Virus record (IMG/VR): IMGVR_UViG_3300020044_006268 | Location: 1 to 25,945 of that record | Source of the DNA: a virus | Lineage: Duplodnaviria; Caudoviricetes | Reading direction: 5' to 3' (one strand) | Length of the DNA: 25,945 nucleotides | In this document: piece by piece, positions 1 to 8,269 of the stretch | How positions within the stretch are numbered: position 1 is the first letter of the stretch | How the letters are laid out: each line of letters begins with the position of its first letter | Translations under genes and position numbers: made by a program | Notes under the pieces: model-generated | What the model saw: the letters and a program-made list of their open reading frames with translations, nothing else | The model's database searches: none | What the model was told of the DNA's origin: nothing

Positions 1-1232
1 ACGTTAATAATATAATGAATGGACTGAGTCCGTCCATGATTGTAAGTCTTTTCCAAGGTGCGCCCGCTCCCGACGAACAGCAACAAATTAAAAGGGATTG
101 GGAGCGTCAATTAACAGGCGCAAGAAACGCGGGTAAGTTTATAATGACGTTCAATGAGCGCGACACGCCGCGCCCTGAAATTACGACTTTTCCGCTCAGC
201 GACGCCGACAAGCAATACGAATTTTTAAGCCGTGAATCTACCTCGCTTATCATGGTTGCTCACCGAGTGGTTACTCCTCTTATATTCGGTATTCGCGACA
301 CGGGCGGCGGTTTCGGTTCTAATAAAGACGAAATGGCGGTAGGTCTTGAGATTTTTACGAATCAGGTTATACAACCCGCTCAAAATAAAATAGCGAAAAG
401 TTTCGAGGAGGTTTTGGGCTTTGAAATGCCAGGACTTCAAATTACAGTAATACCAAACTCGCCACTAACTGAGGCCGCGCCCACTACGACGCAATTACCA
501 ACCCCAGCCGCTCCCGTAATGGCTGAGGAGGAAAAAAAAAAGGTTTGTTGTGAGTCGCACGCTGAGGAGGTTTCGGGCTCAGTAGCCGACGAACTAATTT
601 CGTTAGGTGAGGACGCGCCCGCGGGTTATATTTTAATAGATTCCTATAAAGTCGATTATGAAAATGACGAAGCCGAAAACGAGGAGCTGATAAAGATAGA
701 GGCTCACGAATTAGCGAGCACGGGAAGCGCTAAGGCAATGGCACCGAGCGACCAGGACGAAACCAATTACGCGGGCGTTACTTTTATGACGCGTTACCGC
801 TATGCAGGTTCTAAAAGTCCCGAGCGCGAATTTTGCCGTAAAATGATGGCGGCCGACAAACTTTATAGAAAAGAGGACATTGAAGCCATGGAGTTTAAGG
901 CGGTTAACCCGCATTGGGGGCCAAACGGTTCTAACTTTTACTCCATTTGGTTAGCAAAAGAATGCCAAACTATTGATAATCAGCAAGTTAATTTGTATAA
1001 AGGCGGAGGAAACTGTTACCATTTTTGGAGAAAAGAGGTCTATATAAATGCAAAGGGAATTAATCCGCTCGCAAATGATGCTCAGAAAATAGCCGTTGCA
1101 AAAGCCGAGAAGATGGGTTATAAAATTCGTAACCCCGAGCTCGTTGCGTTGTTACCTATTGACATGGATTATAACGGGTTTTTGGCAACGAATCCCATTT
1201 ATGGAAAGGACGGAAAAAATTATAGACGATAA
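1..1232 (+). CDS. Portal protein (5'-truncated by the window) with C-terminal head-morphogenesis-like extension
   Basis: The frame is open from base 3 (VNNIMNGLSPSM), so ATG15 is probably internal. Portal-like motifs: G..NAGKFIMTFN, DKQYEFL, IMVAHRV..P.IFGI, F.NQVIQP.Q. A P/T/A-rich linker is followed by a domain with RYRY..REFCRKM..YRKEDI and YKGG.NC.H.W. Confidence 0.85.
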   Translation, partial: VNNIMNGLSPSMIVSLFQGAPAPDEQQQIKRDWERQLTGARNAGKFIMTFNERDTPRPEITTFPLSDADKQYEFLSRESTSLIMVAHRVVTPLIFGIRDTGGGFGSNKDEMAVGLEIFTNQVIQPAQNKIAKSFEEVLGFEMPGLQITVIPNSPLTEAAPTTTQLPTPAAPVMAEEEKKKVCCESHAEEVSGSVADELISLGEDAPAGYILIDSYKVDYENDEAENEELIKIEAHELASTGSAKAMAPSDQDETNYAGVTFMTRYRYAGSKSPEREFCRKMMAADKLYRKEDIEAMEFKAVNPHWGPNGSNFYSIWLAKECQTIDNQQVNLYKGGGNCYHFWRKEVYINAKGINPLANDAQKIAVAKAEKMGYKIRNPELVALLPIDMDYNGFLATNPIYGKDGKNYRR

Positions 1233-1244
1233 AACAAAAAAACT

Positions 1245-1805
1245 ATGGAGGTTCTAATTATTAGCGACGTGTATATTAAAAAGTACACAACCGTAAACGG
1301 GGCGGTCGACCCTAACTTGCTTTATCCGTCAATCTATTTGGCCCAGGACAAATACTTAGCTCCATACCTGGGCACGAACCTATACGAAAAAATTAAAAGC
1401 GACATTGCAAATAACACGCTGTCGGGTGATTATCTTACGTTAGTTGATGACTACGCTCGCCGAGTTGTTATGTGGTGGACAATGGTTGAAGCGGCCCCCT
1501 CTTTGACGTATAAAGTCGATAACGGGACCATGGTACAAAGAACCTCAGAAGATACTGCACCCGTGGCGGACGTGGTTTTTAAAGACCAATTGGCGCGGTG
1601 GCAACAAAATGCCGAGCACTACACTTCGTTAATGGTCGACTACCTATGTGCTAACTCGAGTTTGTTTCCCGAATACTCTAATAACGTTTGGCCTCAGCGT
1701 TGCCCCATTTCAATAAAAAAAGGCTCACAAAGTTATTTATTCAGCTCGGGAAATACCGCCTCGAGCCGTACCTATGGCGATAGGAGGATTAACCAAATTC
1801 CCTAA
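1245..1805 (+). CDS. Putative head-tail adaptor / head completion protein
   Basis: Directly follows the portal gene; 186 aa, helical; AQD.YL..YLG..LYEKI pattern recalled from phage adaptor-like proteins. Confidence 0.55.
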   Translation: MEVLIISDVYIKKYTTVNGAVDPNLLYPSIYLAQDKYLAPYLGTNLYEKIKSDIANNTLSGDYLTLVDDYARRVVMWWTMVEAAPSLTYKVDNGTMVQRTSEDTAPVADVVFKDQLARWQQNAEHYTSLMVDYLCANSSLFPEYSNNVWPQRCPISIKKGSQSYLFSSGNTASSRTYGDRRINQIP

Positions 1806-1807
1806 CG

Positions 1808-1894
1808 ATGAAAAAAACTGAAAAGAAAAAAGCGCAACTTTTAGCGCTCAAGAAATACGAGAAGCAACTAATACTAAAAACAAAAAAGAAATGA
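1808..1894 (+). CDS. Small basic peptide (MKKTEKKKAQLLALKKYEKQLILKTKKK, 28 aa)
   Basis: Not in the ORF track. Fills the gap exactly, and its stop overlaps the next start (ATGA 1891-1894). Confidence 0.55.
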   Translation: MKKTEKKKAQLLALKKYEKQLILKTKKK

Positions 1895-2217
1895 GCTTTT
1901 TTAGCGGTGTGGCGGAGTTTTTTAGCGACCTTAATAATTGGGTTTTTGGGGTTTTAATAGGTGTGATGGGTAAAATTTCATACGAGCTTTATATGAAAAG
2001 AACTATTACAGTATTTCAATGGATTGCCGTAATTGGGCTGTCTATTTTTTCGGGTTACTTAACCTCGGTTTATTGCGATAATGCAGGGCTTGAAAAAGAG
2101 GCGAGTTGGGCTGTTCCTGTCGCAACCCTTATGGGCGAAAAGGTTTTTATTTACGTCATGGCTAACTATAAAAAAATCATTTCGGGCGTTCTCGGTTTTT
2201 TCATGCCTAAAAAATGA
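1891..2217 (+). CDS. Putative holin / small membrane protein
   Basis: 108 aa with about three hydrophobic segments, upstream of the endolysin. Confidence 0.6.
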   Translation: MSFFSGVAEFFSDLNNWVFGVLIGVMGKISYELYMKRTITVFQWIAVIGLSIFSGYLTSVYCDNAGLEKEASWAVPVATLMGEKVFIYVMANYKKIISGVLGFFMPKK

Positions 2218-2792
2218 GCGAAAAGAAACGCGATAAAAAACCCGTTGGTGAGCGAATCAAAGGCTCAAAATTTGGCGCGTTTATTCGCGAGAAGGTTAAA
2301 CCCGTGGCGGGTGATATCCTCGAAATTGCGGGAGATATTACAGGGATTCAAGCGCTCGAAACTGTGGGGGCGTTTTTAAATGGGCAAACTCACAAAAGCG
2401 AAGAGCACAAAGCGCTCGCTTTAGAGTTTGAAAAGATGCGCCTCAACTTCGAGTTAGAAATGACGCGCCTCGATATGACAACCGAACTCGAATACTACAA
2501 AGCTGAGGTAAGCGACCGAGTAAGCGCCCGCCAACGGGAGGCCGATTTTGTGAACGCTACAGGTAAAAGAGATTGGCTAATGGGCGCGGTTGTTATTGTT
2601 GGTTTATTGCTAACTATTGGCGTCGTTTTGAGCCTTATTTTTATCGTTATTCCTATCGAAAATCAAAGGCTTGCAGATATGACATTCGGGAGTGTGCTAT
2701 CTATCGGAACCTCAATTTTCGCTTATTATGTCGGGAGCTCTCGGGGCTCACACTTGAAAGATAAAAAACTCTTTTTAGATGCCAAGCCGTAA
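2214..2792 (+). CDS. Holin-like membrane protein (3TM-holin-like)
   Basis: Coiled region and DR.SARQRE motif, then two TM segments ending in YYVGSS; overlaps the endolysin start. Confidence 0.65.
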   Translation: MSEKKRDKKPVGERIKGSKFGAFIREKVKPVAGDILEIAGDITGIQALETVGAFLNGQTHKSEEHKALALEFEKMRLNFELEMTRLDMTTELEYYKAEVSDRVSARQREADFVNATGKRDWLMGAVVIVGLLLTIGVVLSLIFIVIPIENQRLADMTFGSVLSIGTSIFAYYVGSSRGSHLKDKKLFLDAKP

Positions 2793-3165
2793 AGTAACCG
2801 ACCTCGATTATAGCTTACAACGGGCCTACACATTAGCCGTGAAGGAGTGGCGCGTAAAGTACCCCGAACTTCCCCAACCGTTTTTAACTTGTACTTTTCG
2901 TACGAATGAAGAGCAAGCGGAACTGTACGCAAAAGGTCGTACTAAAGCGGGAAAAATTGTAACACAAATAAGAAAAGGCGGAAAACATAACGTTTACCCC
3001 GCTCAGGCGTTCGACATTGCCTTTAAAGACGCCGAAAGCAAGTTAGATTGGTCGCCCGATTTATTCGCCAAATTTGCGGGCATAATCAAAGAAAACTTTA
3101 ACGGCCTTATAAAGTGGGGCGGGGATTGGCGAACCTTTAAAGATTTGCCTCACTTCGAGGTTTAG
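2779..3165 (+). CDS. Endolysin, M15 family (L-Ala-D-Glu peptidase-like)
   Basis: RT.EEQ..LYAKGRT..GKIVT, KH....AFD and WGGDW..F.D.PHFE zinc-peptidase motifs. Confidence 0.9.
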   Translation: MPSRKVTDLDYSLQRAYTLAVKEWRVKYPELPQPFLTCTFRTNEEQAELYAKGRTKAGKIVTQIRKGGKHNVYPAQAFDIAFKDAESKLDWSPDLFAKFAGIIKENFNGLIKWGGDWRTFKDLPHFEV

Positions 3166-3359
3166 CGGTAAATCGGGTTACCCGTCAACTTAAAAAGTTT
3201 TTTATTGACTGTTTGAATGCGTGAGGAAAGACCAACGTATTTCATCCCGTCCCTCGAATCTATTTGCAACAATTGTTTATATAGGTGAGTTCGCTCAGCC
3301 CTGAGGGTTTTCACCTCGAGTTCGTTTAATAGAGCTTGGTTAAAGTCAAATGCTTTCAT
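3162..3359 (-). CDS. Small helical hypothetical protein
   Basis: 65 aa with an A-rich leader; converges on the endolysin; C-terminal LFKLTGNPIY. Confidence 0.6.
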   Translation of the reverse strand: MKAFDFNQALLNELEVKTLRAERTHLYKQLLQIDSRDGMKYVGLSSRIQTVNKKLFKLTGNPIYR

Positions 3360-3381
3360 TTTTAGTTTGTTTTAAGAGTAG

Positions 3382-3410
3382 AAAAAAGCCCCCGCAATAA
3401 TAACGGGGGC
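3382..3410 (-). terminator. Intrinsic terminator after the SSB-like gene
   Basis: GCCCCCG-N9-CGGGGGC stem next to an A6 run, which is the U tract on the minus strand. Confidence 0.75.
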
Positions 3411-3434
3411 CTCACTTAATTGCGCGTTAGTAAA

Positions 3435-3689
3435 TTAAAACGGAAGGTCCCCGTCGTTTTCGGGCTTCTCAACTGTGGGGAGTTTCAATCCGCTGTTAGT
3501 GGTATCGATTGCCTCGATTTTTATGCTGAGGAATTTTTTACCCGTTTTGGATTCTTTAACCCAACTTGCTAAATTGTAAACGTTTCCGCCAATCATTAGG
3601 TTTCCGCGGTAGTCGGGTTGATTGTCGGCTGTTTTTTTGTCGTTTTTGAAAAGGGACCCCGTGCCCTCTTTTGGTTGGTAGTTACTCAT
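3435..3689 (-). CDS. ssDNA-binding-like protein (DUF736-like fold)
   Basis: G.LFKN..K....PDYRG and W.K....G.KFLS motifs with an acidic DGDLPF tail typical of SSBs. Confidence 0.75.
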   Translation of the reverse strand: MSNYQPKEGTGSLFKNDKKTADNQPDYRGNLMIGGNVYNLASWVKESKTGKKFLSIKIEAIDTTNSGLKLPTVEKPENDGDLPF

Positions 3690-3690
3690 T

Positions 3691-3852
3691 TTATTTTGAT
3701 TTTAAGTTATACATTTCGTTTCCTGTTAGTTCGTAGAGCTCGGCCATTATTGCCCAGGCCCTCGCGTTCTCTTTTACACATGGGCGAAGGGAGCGGCGAA
3801 CGGTTAATATAAAAAGTTCGGTTTTGAGTTCGCTAATTCTTTCAGCGCTCAT
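3691..3852 (-). CDS. Small helical hypothetical protein (MSAERISELK...LYELTGNEMYNLKSK, 53 aa)
   Basis: Not in the ORF track. TAATG overlap with the MTase stop, and it ends 1 nt before the SSB start. Confidence 0.65.
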   Translation of the reverse strand: MSAERISELKTELFILTVRRSLRPCVKENARAWAIMAELYELTGNEMYNLKSK

Positions 3853-4511
3853 TAAAACAAAATTAGTTGGCTTTTATACTCCTTAAACCTCTTTTCCTGA
3901 GCCTCGAAATAATCGCGGTCTAATTCACACGCGTAAAAGTCAAAACCCATTTTGTCGGCGGCTATCCTACTCGAGCCGCTTCCGAGGTGGGTATCGAGTA
4001 TTTTATCGCCTTCATTGGCGTAATTTTTCAAAATCCATTCGTAAAGTTTGACGGGCTTTTGGGTGGGGTGTAACCGCGTCAAATCTTTATTTATATTCCC
4101 GTAGTAGGGAAAATTAAAACATTTAGCGGGGGTATTAAATGAAGTAAAGGCAAGTTCCCCCGATGCAAAATTGCTAACGGGTTGGTGTTTATACCAAAAA
4201 ATAAAACCTTTGCAGCCATTAGCCCACAAATTCGGGAAATAATTACCGCCCCAAATTATTTGATTTCTTGAAACTCTAAAAAGCTCGTTAAAATAAACTT
4301 CATTAGGTATTTCATCATCCCAATTTTTACGCTCCTTTTTTGTATATCGTTCTTTTATTTTTGCACCCATACCGCCACGCTCATAAGTAGAAAAATTTAA
4401 CCCATACGGCGGGTCCACTATCGCGAGCTCAAAGTATTTGTCAGGGTAACGGCTTATTAATTCCATACAATCCTCGTTTGTGACTTGGCTTATTGGTTCT
4501 CTTTTTTCCAT
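3852..4511 (-). CDS. Orphan DNA N6-adenine/N4-cytosine methyltransferase, beta class
   Basis: DPPYG catalytic motif near the N-terminus, HPTQKP, and C-terminal ILDTHLGSGS SAM-binding motif. Confidence 0.93.
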   Translation of the reverse strand: MEKREPISQVTNEDCMELISRYPDKYFELAIVDPPYGLNFSTYERGGMGAKIKERYTKKERKNWDDEIPNEVYFNELFRVSRNQIIWGGNYFPNLWANGCKGFIFWYKHQPVSNFASGELAFTSFNTPAKCFNFPYYGNINKDLTRLHPTQKPVKLYEWILKNYANEGDKILDTHLGSGSSRIAADKMGFDFYACELDRDYFEAQEKRFKEYKSQLILF

Positions 4512-5026
4512 TCGTTCACGCGTTTTTTGTAGTGTGCGGTTAGTTCCTTTATTTCGTTTAAGCTGAGGCGGAGCGGTTCGTTTCTAATTACCATTAATTT
4601 ACTCGCCCGCTCGAATCCGATTCTTTCGGTAAGGCGCGGGCCGTATTCTAAAAGGTTTCCGTGTTTGTGCTGATTACATTCGACACATTGGCCGTGAACG
4701 TTGTCCTCGTTAAACCTTAAATTTGGATAGCTTCCCACACTGTAAAAGTGACCCGCGTCATATTTAGCGGGCAAAGGTCGCCCGCAACTAATACACGGCT
4801 CCTTTGAGTCCCTGAGCCTTATAAATTCATTAAACACTTTTTGAAGGTCGCGGCGGTAGGAACTAACGCTTTTTAAGTTTTCGCGCATTTGCCTAATTTC
4901 ACGCTTTGCTTTTTTCCGCTCAGCTATTCTCCCCCATTCAATTAAGCAAGTGGGTTTCGTACAGGTTGCCTGTAAGCTCGAATAGGTCGGAGTAAATTTT
5001 TCTTTACACACGCGGCAACGCTTCAT
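4490..5026 (-). CDS. ninG: NinG/Rap-like junction endonuclease
   Basis: N-terminal CxxC...CxxxxC, FNEFIRLRD, CISCG, DAGH, LRFNEDNVHGQC..CN. Confidence 0.9.
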   Translation of the reverse strand: MKRCRVCKEKFTPTYSSLQATCTKPTCLIEWGRIAERKKAKREIRQMRENLKSVSSYRRDLQKVFNEFIRLRDSKEPCISCGRPLPAKYDAGHFYSVGSYPNLRFNEDNVHGQCVECNQHKHGNLLEYGPRLTERIGFERASKLMVIRNEPLRLSLNEIKELTAHYKKRVNEWKKENQ

Positions 5027-5258
5027 AGTATTTTAAAATAAATTGATATTTACGCCCATTTTTCGCCATTTCATCAATGAGCCGTAAATATATTTTGTTC
5101 GGGGTTCTTTTCAGTAATCGCCCGTTCGGTTGCCAGCTATTATTAACGAGGCCAACAAACGAAACGCCCCACTTTTCCACGTGAAAAAGTAAGTTTTTTT
5201 CGGTTAATACGTCATAACTCCCCGCTTTTTGATTCTTATAAACTTTCATCGTTTCCAT
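5004..5258 (-). CDS. Hypothetical protein
   Basis: 84-aa ORF overlapping both neighbours in the operon. Confidence 0.6.
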   Translation of the reverse strand: METMKVYKNQKAGSYDVLTEKNLLFHVEKWGVSFVGLVNNSWQPNGRLLKRTPNKIYLRLIDEMAKNGRKYQFILKYYEALPRV

Positions 5259-5469
5259 AAATTTCTTTCATGTATTTAAACGCCTTGTATTCGATTTGGC
5301 TCATAATTTCCAAATCTTTTCTTTTTTCGTAGCCCTGAGCGGCTTTAATAAACGCGTCGGCGATTTGCTGGCGTTCCATTTCGATGGCTTTTAAAAGCAT
5401 TTCGGGCGTTATTGGGGTTTGTTGTTCTAAAAACCAACTAAGGGCGGTTTGTTTCTTTAAAGTTCCCAT
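5236..5469 (-). CDS. Hypothetical phage protein
   Basis: KQTAL.W and A.EME.QQI.DAF pattern recalled from small phage proteins; packed within the operon. Confidence 0.65.
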   Translation of the reverse strand: MGTLKKQTALSWFLEQQTPITPEMLLKAIEMERQQIADAFIKAAQGYEKRKDLEIMSQIEYKAFKYMKEIYGNDESL

Positions 5470-6818
5470 GATTCGTTATTTATTGGTTTGATTTGAGTAT
5501 CGGTGTAATGCATCGTTTCGGGGGTGAAATTTACGGGCACGTAACCCGTGCGGCCGTTGCGATGTTTGGCTATTATGAACTCGGCCGTGTTAGTTTGGGT
5601 TTCTTTGTTATAATAGTCCTCGCGGTATAAAAAGCAAACGACGTCGGCGTCTTGCTCAAGGCTTCCCGAGTCGCGTAAATCTGAAAGCATGGGCCGTTTA
5701 TCCCCTCTCGCTTCGAGTGAACGGCTCAGTTGAGCCAGGGCGACGACGGGTATATTATTTTCTTTTGCGATTAACTTTAGGCCCCGACTAATCGCGCTTA
5801 CTTCCTGCTCTCGGTTGGCCGTTTTGTTCTTTGCGGCCGCTATTAGTTGGACATAGTCAATAAAAACCGCCTCAATTTTAAACTTTTCGCGTAGTGTGCG
5901 GACGCGGGTTTTAAGTTCATGAACGCTGAGCGCCGCGTTATCGTCTATATAGATGGGGAGGGCGTTTAGTTGGTCTACTGTTTGGTAGTATTTAATTTTC
6001 GAGTCGCGGTCTAATCGGTGTTTAGCCAGCAATTCGGCGTTTATACCGCTCAGCATCGAAGCCAAACGATAAACGATTTGTGCGCGGCTCATTTCGAGGC
6101 TGAAAAATGCGACGGGTTTCCCTTTTTGGGCTATGTTTAGAATAACGCTCAAGGCGTAGGCCGTTTTACCCATTCCTGGTCGGGCGGCTATATAAATGAG
6201 GTCGCTCGGTTGGTGGCCTCCTATTACCCCGTCTATTACCTTAATTCCTGTCGGTATTCCACTAATTCCCGTTTTTTCCCTCATTTCGATATTATGGGAC
6301 GTTTCGGGGGTAATGTTTGAGACGTGCGACACTTCGCCCTTGAGGTTTTGGCGAATGAGGTCGGTTAGTTCACTTGAGAATTGGTTATAAATGTCGAAAG
6401 GGTCGTTTTCGGGTGAAAGGGCGAGCTCAGCCATTCGGGCGGCGCGTTTGCTGAGCTCCCGTTTTAAGTACATTTCAGTTAAGTGAAGCGCCCAGGTTTC
6501 GAGGTTGGCCGTAGACGCTACGCGAGTAGTCAATTCAGACACGTAAACGGGGCCGCCCGCGGCGCTTAATTGGTTTTTTTTCCTTAGCGTTTGGGTAACT
6601 GTTAAAATATCGATAGGCTCATTCTCATTTTTCAATGTTTGTATTGATTCCATTACAGCCTCGTTACGGCTATCAAAAAACTTCTCTGGAGTAAGTATAC
6701 CTTCTACCCGAGAAAGTGCCTTATAATCGAGTAAAACGGCTCCTAATACCATTCTCTCAAGTTCTACGTCACTCGGCGGGAGTAAAGTCGTTAATTTCGT
6801 CGTTTGGGTGTGGTTCAT
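5457..6818 (-). CDS. dnaB: Replicative DNA helicase
   Basis: N-terminal E..VLGA.L domain, Walker A AARPGMGKT, FFSLEM, IDYVQL, LAQLSR, RP.LSDLRDSGSLEQDAD, IAKHRNG.TG. Confidence 0.97.
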   Translation of the reverse strand: MNHTQTTKLTTLLPPSDVELERMVLGAVLLDYKALSRVEGILTPEKFFDSRNEAVMESIQTLKNENEPIDILTVTQTLRKKNQLSAAGGPVYVSELTTRVASTANLETWALHLTEMYLKRELSKRAARMAELALSPENDPFDIYNQFSSELTDLIRQNLKGEVSHVSNITPETSHNIEMREKTGISGIPTGIKVIDGVIGGHQPSDLIYIAARPGMGKTAYALSVILNIAQKGKPVAFFSLEMSRAQIVYRLASMLSGINAELLAKHRLDRDSKIKYYQTVDQLNALPIYIDDNAALSVHELKTRVRTLREKFKIEAVFIDYVQLIAAAKNKTANREQEVSAISRGLKLIAKENNIPVVALAQLSRSLEARGDKRPMLSDLRDSGSLEQDADVVCFLYREDYYNKETQTNTAEFIIAKHRNGRTGYVPVNFTPETMHYTDTQIKPINNESWEL

Positions 6819-7380
6819 AAAGTGCGAGGGGTTTATACTGTTTAAGTTCTGAGGTTTGGGGGAGCTCGGCTTTCACCTCGAGCCACCGCCCGCCCCTCAT
6901 TTTTTGCCGCCAATTTTTAACCTGTTGGCCTTTTGCGTCATGCCAATTCCCATCGGTGTAGTATTGCCATGCTTTGGCGCCTTGCTCAGCGGTTGAACCT
7001 TGCTCGGTAAACCATGCTTTTACCTCTTCAAGCGTTGGCGGTTCTAAATTCTTTTTCTTATTCTCATTCTCTTTATTATTCTTATTATTATTCTTATTCT
7101 TATTAGCTTGACTTTCGCTTTCGATTAGCTTTTTTTTCGCTTTCGTTTCGCTTCCGTTTCGCTTCTCTTTTGGTTTACTTCCGTTTTTAAAACGCTGTAA
7201 ATTAGCCAATACTTGAGGCTCGATAAGAGTAAAAATAGTTTTCGAAAGTCCTGTTAATTCAATACGATTTTCGTTTAGTGATAGTTCAAAAATAGCTCGA
7301 TAGATTTCGAGTTGGTTCTTTTCGGGAAGCTCAGAAAGAGCCTCGTAAAAAGAGCGGTAAAAAACGCAATATGTTCTCAT
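6769..7380 (-). CDS. Phage replication initiator (DUF6291-like N-terminus)
   Basis: FYRSFYEAL..L N-terminal domain, low-complexity N/K/E linker and C-terminal PPTLEEV...YY...W...G..VKNW domain; directly upstream of dnaB. ATG7380 is preferred over the track's 7407 start. Confidence 0.8.
   Translation of the reverse strand: MRTYCVFYRSFYEALSELPEKNQLEIYRAIFELSLNENRIELTGLSKTIFTLIEPQVLANLQRFKNGSKPKEKRNGSETKAKKKLIESESQANKNKNNNKNNKENENKKKNLEPPTLEEVKAWFTEQGSTAEQGAKAWQYYTDGNWHDAKGQQVKNWRQKMRGGRWLEVKAELPQTSELKQYKPLALYEPHPNDEINDFTPAE
7102..7175. repeat. 11-bp-period iteron array, probable replication origin
   Basis: GCTT at 7106, 7117, 7128, 7139, 7150 and 7161 (four as TTTCGCTT, two as ATTAGCTT), next to an AT-rich tract at about 7050-7105, inside the initiator gene. 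Confidence 0.75.
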
Positions 7381-7493
7381 TTTAAAAAATACGACCACCG
7401 CACGCAAAGGACACCCAGTGCCCGATTAGGCTTTGGCAATGCGGCGGCGGTCTGTATTCAAGATTTTCATTACTGAGTGTCGGGGCAATAATA
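7381..7493 (-). promoter_or_regulatory. Structured 5' leader of the initiator with a 14-codon uORF
   Basis: Pairings 7393-7401/7444-7452 and 7410-7419/7472-7481; uORF 7470..7426 (MKILNTDRRRIAKA); U tract before ATG7380. Confidence 0.6.
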
Positions 7494-7949
7494 CTAAATT
7501 TCCTTAAATTCAGTCGTCGGCTTCAAAACTTTATAACCGTTACTTTTCAACATTTGAATGGCGTCGCTAATATGGACGTCGGTTATACACTCAAAAGTTA
7601 ATTTTTTAACTGGCGGCGTATTTGGCTCTTCGAATAGGCTATTAACGATATTTTCGAGTTTAAGGGCTTTTTGTTGGCGGTTTGCCCTGTTTATTACAGC
7701 TCTTTTTTTAAAATACTTTTTCAGCTCCTCGCTAACAACTTGGTCCCTCTTTGGCCAATCGGGCAATTTATACAGCCCGTCAGGCGTTTGAACTAAATGT
7801 TTATTCTCGAGCATTGCACTAATAAAAGGGCTTACGGTTCCTTTTGGCTCGTTTAGGTGTTTAGCTATTTCGTTAGCCGTCCATGCTTCGCCGCGGCCTA
7901 ACAAATCAGTAATTTTGCAAACGCGCAAATAAATTGTGTCTTTTCTCAT
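7494..7949 (-). CDS. Winged-HTH DNA-binding protein
   Basis: TANEIAKHL..PKGTVS..I..M.....L.....G.YKL wHTH pattern. Confidence 0.65.
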   Translation of the reverse strand: MRKDTIYLRVCKITDLLGRGEAWTANEIAKHLNEPKGTVSPFISAMLENKHLVQTPDGLYKLPDWPKRDQVVSEELKKYFKKRAVINRANRQQKALKLENIVNSLFEEPNTPPVKKLTFECITDVHISDAIQMLKSNGYKVLKPTTEFKEI

Positions 7950-7951
7950 TT

Positions 7952-8269
7952 TTAAAATAGATTTAATTGGTTTTTTAAATAACTAAGGTCGGTTATATCG
8001 ATTCGGCCGCTTTGAGCCTGGCGGGCTTCCCACTCAGAGCCCCTGAGTTCGGGAATATCCTCTTGCAACTTTCGCCAAATACGGTCGATAGTTTTAACGC
8101 TCGAAAGTTTGCCGCCAAAAAAGGCGCTGTAATACTCGTTTTCGGTTACGTTTAAAAGCGTCATTTCTAAATCATGTATATGCTTCACACATAAAACCAT
8201 GTTATCCCGCGCCTCTACGTTTCGGGCTAATAATTGCCCGAGCTCTTTTGTTACATAATTACTCAGCAT
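7952..8269 (-). CDS. Hypothetical phage protein
   Basis: 105 aa; ARDN and TI.R..RKLQE..PELRG motifs; within the operon. Confidence 0.7.
   Translation of the reverse strand: MLSNYVTKELGQLLARNVEARDNMVLCVKHIHDLEMTLLNVTENEYYSAFFGGKLSSVKTIDRIWRKLQEDIPELRGSEWEARQAQSGRIDITDLSYLKNQLNLF

Noticed and set aside
6610-6770. Slightly more AT-rich patch in the dnaB 5' region
   Set aside because: Too short to distinguish from noise by eye; the protein is continuous with no insertion.
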